Shown here: positions 53,386-56,835 of the stretch, one piece after another | Numbering within the stretch: position 1 is the stretch's first letter | Layout of the letters: the number at the start of each line of letters is the position of its first letter | NCBI RefSeq assembly: GCF_001194135.2 | Contig: NC_068995.1 | Span: 52,784,538-52,841,372, forward strand | Length of the DNA: 56,835 nucleotides | From: Octopus bimaculoides | Lineage: Eukaryota | Direction of reading: 5' to 3' | Program-made: the position numbers and the translations under genes | The notes under the pieces: generated by a model | What the model saw: the letters and a program-made list of their open reading frames with translations, nothing else | Database searches by the model: none | Told to the model about the DNA's origin: nothing

Positions 53386-53460
53386 CACACACACACACAC
53401 ACATATGTAAATATGCATATACATACCTGTATATGTGTGTCTCATGTATATATATATATA

Positions 53461-53660
53461 CTTTATTGAAAAGCAGCAGAAATATCAGAAAAACTGTTAC
53501 TCAGAGTTTCACGTTCCCATTCGTTGGGCAGTTTTGTTAGAATCTAACAAAACTGCCCGAGTAACAGTTTTTCTGATATTTCTGCTGCTTTTCAATAAAG
53601 CATATTACTCTACCTCTGGTATTTGAGTACTCTTTTTTCCACCTTGTTTCACATTTACTG
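53461..53660. mobile_element. Second foldback element with a hammerhead-like motif
   Basis: Perfect 42-bp arms 53461-53502 and 53559-53600; perfect inner 15-bp hairpin 53526-53558; 23-nt bulge; one-sided 3' extension. Confidence 0.7.
53490..53535 (-). ncRNA. Decayed type I hammerhead-like motif
   Basis: Minus strand: aaaactgc CCAACGA atg-ggaa-cgt GAAACTC-T-GAGTA acagtttt; all three helices form but the core deviates from CUGANGA. Confidence 0.5.
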
Positions 53661-53704
53661 CCTTCAGTAGTAGTAGTAGTAATAATAATAATAATAATAA
53701 TAAT

Positions 53705-54358
53705 CAGAAAGTGCAGAATTTGTGGACAAAATGGTGAAACCGTATGGCATGTTACCAGTCAAGTATGCCACTAGCCCAGAAAGAATATACGAGACGTTAT
53801 GACAATATAGCAAGGATTGTCCAATGGACACTTTGCAACAAGTATGGATTTGACAGAGCAAAAGAGTTGTATGAACATAAACCTGAAGTGATCATCGAAA
53901 ATGAAAATGCAAAGATCCTATGAGATTTTATGATTCAGTGCAACCATGAGATAGAGAACAGGAAGCCAGACATAGTTTGATTGAGAAAGAAAGCAAACAA
54001 TGCTGGATCATAGATATAGCATGCCCAGCTGACAACAAGGTATGAGATAAGGAAGAAAGAAAAGTCAAGAGATATGACAGGTTAGCTTGGAAAGTTAAGC
54101 AATTGTGGTCGCTGATAAAAGGTGGTAGTACCACCAATAATTGTCAGAGATCTGGGAACGGTGAGTAAAAATCTTGAGAAGTACATGGAACAAATAGGGG
54201 CTGCAATAAGGGTGGAGCACTTGCAGAAAACAGCACTGCTTGGAACTGCTCGAATACTCCAGATGGTGCTTGAAAAATAAGGGGTGTTACCTTAGTTCAC
54301 TGGTAGTGAACAGCTGACACCAAAGTACATTTCCAGCGTTAGAAGCAGTGCAAAGACA

Positions 54359-54360
<2 letters not shown>
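53705..54360 (+). mobile_element. 5'-truncated R4/Dong-clade non-LTR retrotransposon inserted in (TAA)n
   Basis: Flanked by (TAA)n at 53680-53704 and 54361-54400; coding remnant plus 80-nt 3' UTR with a gttcact/agtgaac hairpin. Confidence 0.85.
53706..54280 (+). pseudogene. Zinc knuckle plus restriction-like endonuclease domain of an R4/Dong element
   Basis: KCRICGQNGETVWHV...RRYDNIARIVQWTLC...ENENAKIL*DFMIQ...RKPDIV...IIDIACPADNKV...LQKTALLGTARILQMVLEK*, with stops and frameshifts. Confidence 0.9.
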
Positions 54361-54401
<41 letters not shown>

Positions 54402-54675
54402 TAATGTGTGTTAGAAAATGTTATCACCTGCTGTTGCAGCTGCTGCTGCTGCTAAGGTAAATGTAATTTTCTTCTTCATTAGGAAAATACCAATAAAATA
54501 ATTCTACCACCAAAAACATTTATTCAATTTCGTTTTGTTGTAGCTAAAGAATTTTTTTCTTCTTCACATTGATTTCAAAAAAGTGGATTATTGCTTAGCA
54601 AGTAGCAGATTGAACTTGAAATGGTATAAGACTTGTTTAGCAGCCAGCATCACTGAATGATGAGTCGAAACTTAC

Positions 54676-54814
54676 CTTTAATAATGGTTTATTGATTTAT
54701 CTTGTAGCTGTTGTGTCAGCTAGAAAGAGTGAGAGTATGATGCACTGGAGGTTGAGAGGAGCTGACTGAGATTGATGAGTGAGTGACTGAGTGAGCCACA
54801 TTTATTCAACTTAC
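54676..54814 (-). other. Candidate non-coding exon beginning with a recursive splice-site motif
   Basis: tattttcttctatttctctttctattttcag|GTAAGT ... TTAAAG|gtaagt; stops in all three frames. Confidence 0.55.
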
Positions 54815-56493
54815 CTGAAAATAGAAAGAGAAATAGAAGAAAATAGTATAAGAAACAGTTTGCATATTCCAAAGAATTTTTAGTAATTTTTTCATACTTG
54901 AAAATTTAAAAACATGATTCATGGAAACCAAATTTGGTGAATGCTTTAGTGGCATTGGATAAGAATGTTATTTATTACCCTTTCTTAAGTTTGGAAACTA
55001 AAGGTCCTAGTTCTAATCCTGCTTGGTATTATGTACACATCTTTGATCATTATTTTTTTTGTAATCTTTTACTTGTTTCAGTTATTGGACTGCAGCCATG
55101 CAGGTTTGCGCTCTCTGAGTGCTCTTGTTTCCCTATTAAAAATAGGAACTCAGAATGTAAAGAACTATAACGACATACCACATGTCATCATATTCAATAC
55201 TTGAATGATTTTAGCAATTCATTGACCTCACAAGTAATTATAATCTTTAAGAGCTCACAGTTTTGTGTCATTTCAGGTAAATTTTCATCAAAGGGGTTGA
55301 TGCAGGTAACAATAAAAATTAACTAGATACAATAAAGTGAAAAGGAAGGGTAAAAATAGAGCAAAATGGTATTAGCTAACATCTATACAAAATGATGTAA
55401 AGTGCATTGTGACCAGTGATGCATAAAAAAATCTCATAGTCTGATTGATCGCATGATCACATGATATATATATACATACCATATATACTTGTGTATATGT
55501 TGCACTTATGTTTAATTCAAACCCCTAATTTAGTATTAAATCTCAGTACAAATTTTTTTCCCTTTATGATTTTAGCTGCGCCCCATGTATAAGCCAGACC
55601 CCAGTCTTTTCATTTAAAGTCAAGGATAGTTTGACTTCTACAGTAAATACATTAATACTGCTTTAACCCCCTTAACTGTGAAATCAAACTTCATGGTCAT
55701 TCCATGTAATGATGTTAAATATCTAACAAAAAGTAAAATTGGTATTTTCTGCAAGTCATGTAGTCTCAGCAAACTTGACGTATCTCAATAGAAAATAGTT
55801 TCAAAGAGGGATATTCCTCAACAAAAGACATATTGATATATAAAATCGTTTTCTATAGTGAAAGACAATAAAATCTTGAGTGACTTTATCTAATTCCCAC
55901 AGCAAAAGGGTTAATTATTTCTGCAAATAAGGGAGGCAACACTAGACACATTTCAGCCTTATTACACCTCCTTCACCATCAAGACAATAAAATTTGTTAA
56001 GAAATTTCTAATATGTTGCAATGGCTTCATTTAAGAGTAAATATGGCTATATTTATAAGTTCTGCCCCCTACTACTTTGAATACAAACATGGTAAAGTAA
56101 ATAAAAGTAAAAATTTGAAGTTTAAGACACACACAGACACACATGTGTACCAATAATCATTATGTTTATTGGAAAATACTGGGAGTGAGAAGATTACAAA
56201 AGAAATATTCTGTCTATGGAGTCTGGGTGTGAAATGGAATGAAAAGTAATTATAAAGAAACGGTTTAAACAAGAAACTTTTGGTTCCTTTCTATCAACAG
56301 CTTTAAAGAATTTTCTTGAAACCTGTTTATGGATCAAATTGCAATGTATACACGATAGACATCAAAAGAAACCTATAGATTATTCAACAAATCAATACAC
56401 ATACGTATGTTTGTATGTATGTGTGGGTATCTGTATGTATTTATTATGTGTATACATTTGCATGTATTATATATGTATATATATATCTATATC

Positions 56494-56648
56494 TAGAATA
56501 TAACGTAGCATGAATTTAGGAAGCTTAGAAAATGAATAAGCATGAATTTAAGACAACAACCATGAAATTCAATTGAATTCAGTTGTTGTCTTAAATTCAT
56601 GCTTATTCATTTTCTAAGCTTCCTAAATTGATGCTACGTTATATTCTA
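56494..56648. repeat. Near-perfect palindrome (67-bp arms, 1 mismatch, 21-nt self-complementary centre)
   Basis: Arm 56494-56560 versus 56582-56648; centre contains aattcaattgaatt. Confidence 0.92.
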
Positions 56649-56835
56649 ATCACCCAGAATTCATTGCTCTTTTAAAAAATTACGATTTATGCATTGTTGT
56701 CTCTCAAATATTTAAAATCTACAATTAAGAGCCCTCTCTACTCGCTGGCGGTACCTACCCACCACCACTACCCATTTTCCTTTATTCAAAAATTCTTATC
56801 GCTCCTTAAAATTATGGCTTTTAAGTGTTGATTTC

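Noticed and set aside
55575-55655. Possible pogo/Tigger terminal remnant; likewise a MITE-like block at 31830-31995
   Set aside because: Only one degenerate end is visible, with no partner TIR or TSD in the window.

Overview
AT-rich, microsatellite-dense animal genomic scaffold with 12 N gaps (about 4.7 kb in total). The SINE and LINE repertoire looks like that of an octopus (cephalopod); this is inferred from pattern recognition, not from a database search. There are no prokaryotic features, no CRISPR arrays and no rRNA, and nearly all listed ORFs are simple-repeat or gap artefacts. The window is mostly dozens of copies of several SINE families plus decayed retroelements: Penelope-like RT, an R4/Dong endonuclease domain inserted in (TAA)n, three RTE types and CR1/L2. 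It also holds hAT- and piggyBac-type MITEs. Candidate exons are weak and unidentified: a plus-strand pair at 4.2-5.1 kb and scattered minus-strand small exons between 23.7 and 54.8 kb, including a textbook recursive-splice-site motif. The most unusual signal is a foldback element present twice (16.8-17.05 kb and 33.8-34.3 kb). In it, inverted Penelope-type terminal arms carrying a minimal hammerhead ribozyme flank a tRNA-derived Pol III head. The complete copy has an 11-bp TSD, suggesting a palindromic, ribozyme-bearing, Penelope-mobilised SINE. A second unrelated hammerhead-like foldback lies at 53.5 kb and a third near-perfect palindrome at 56.5 kb. Most SINE boundaries are approximate.
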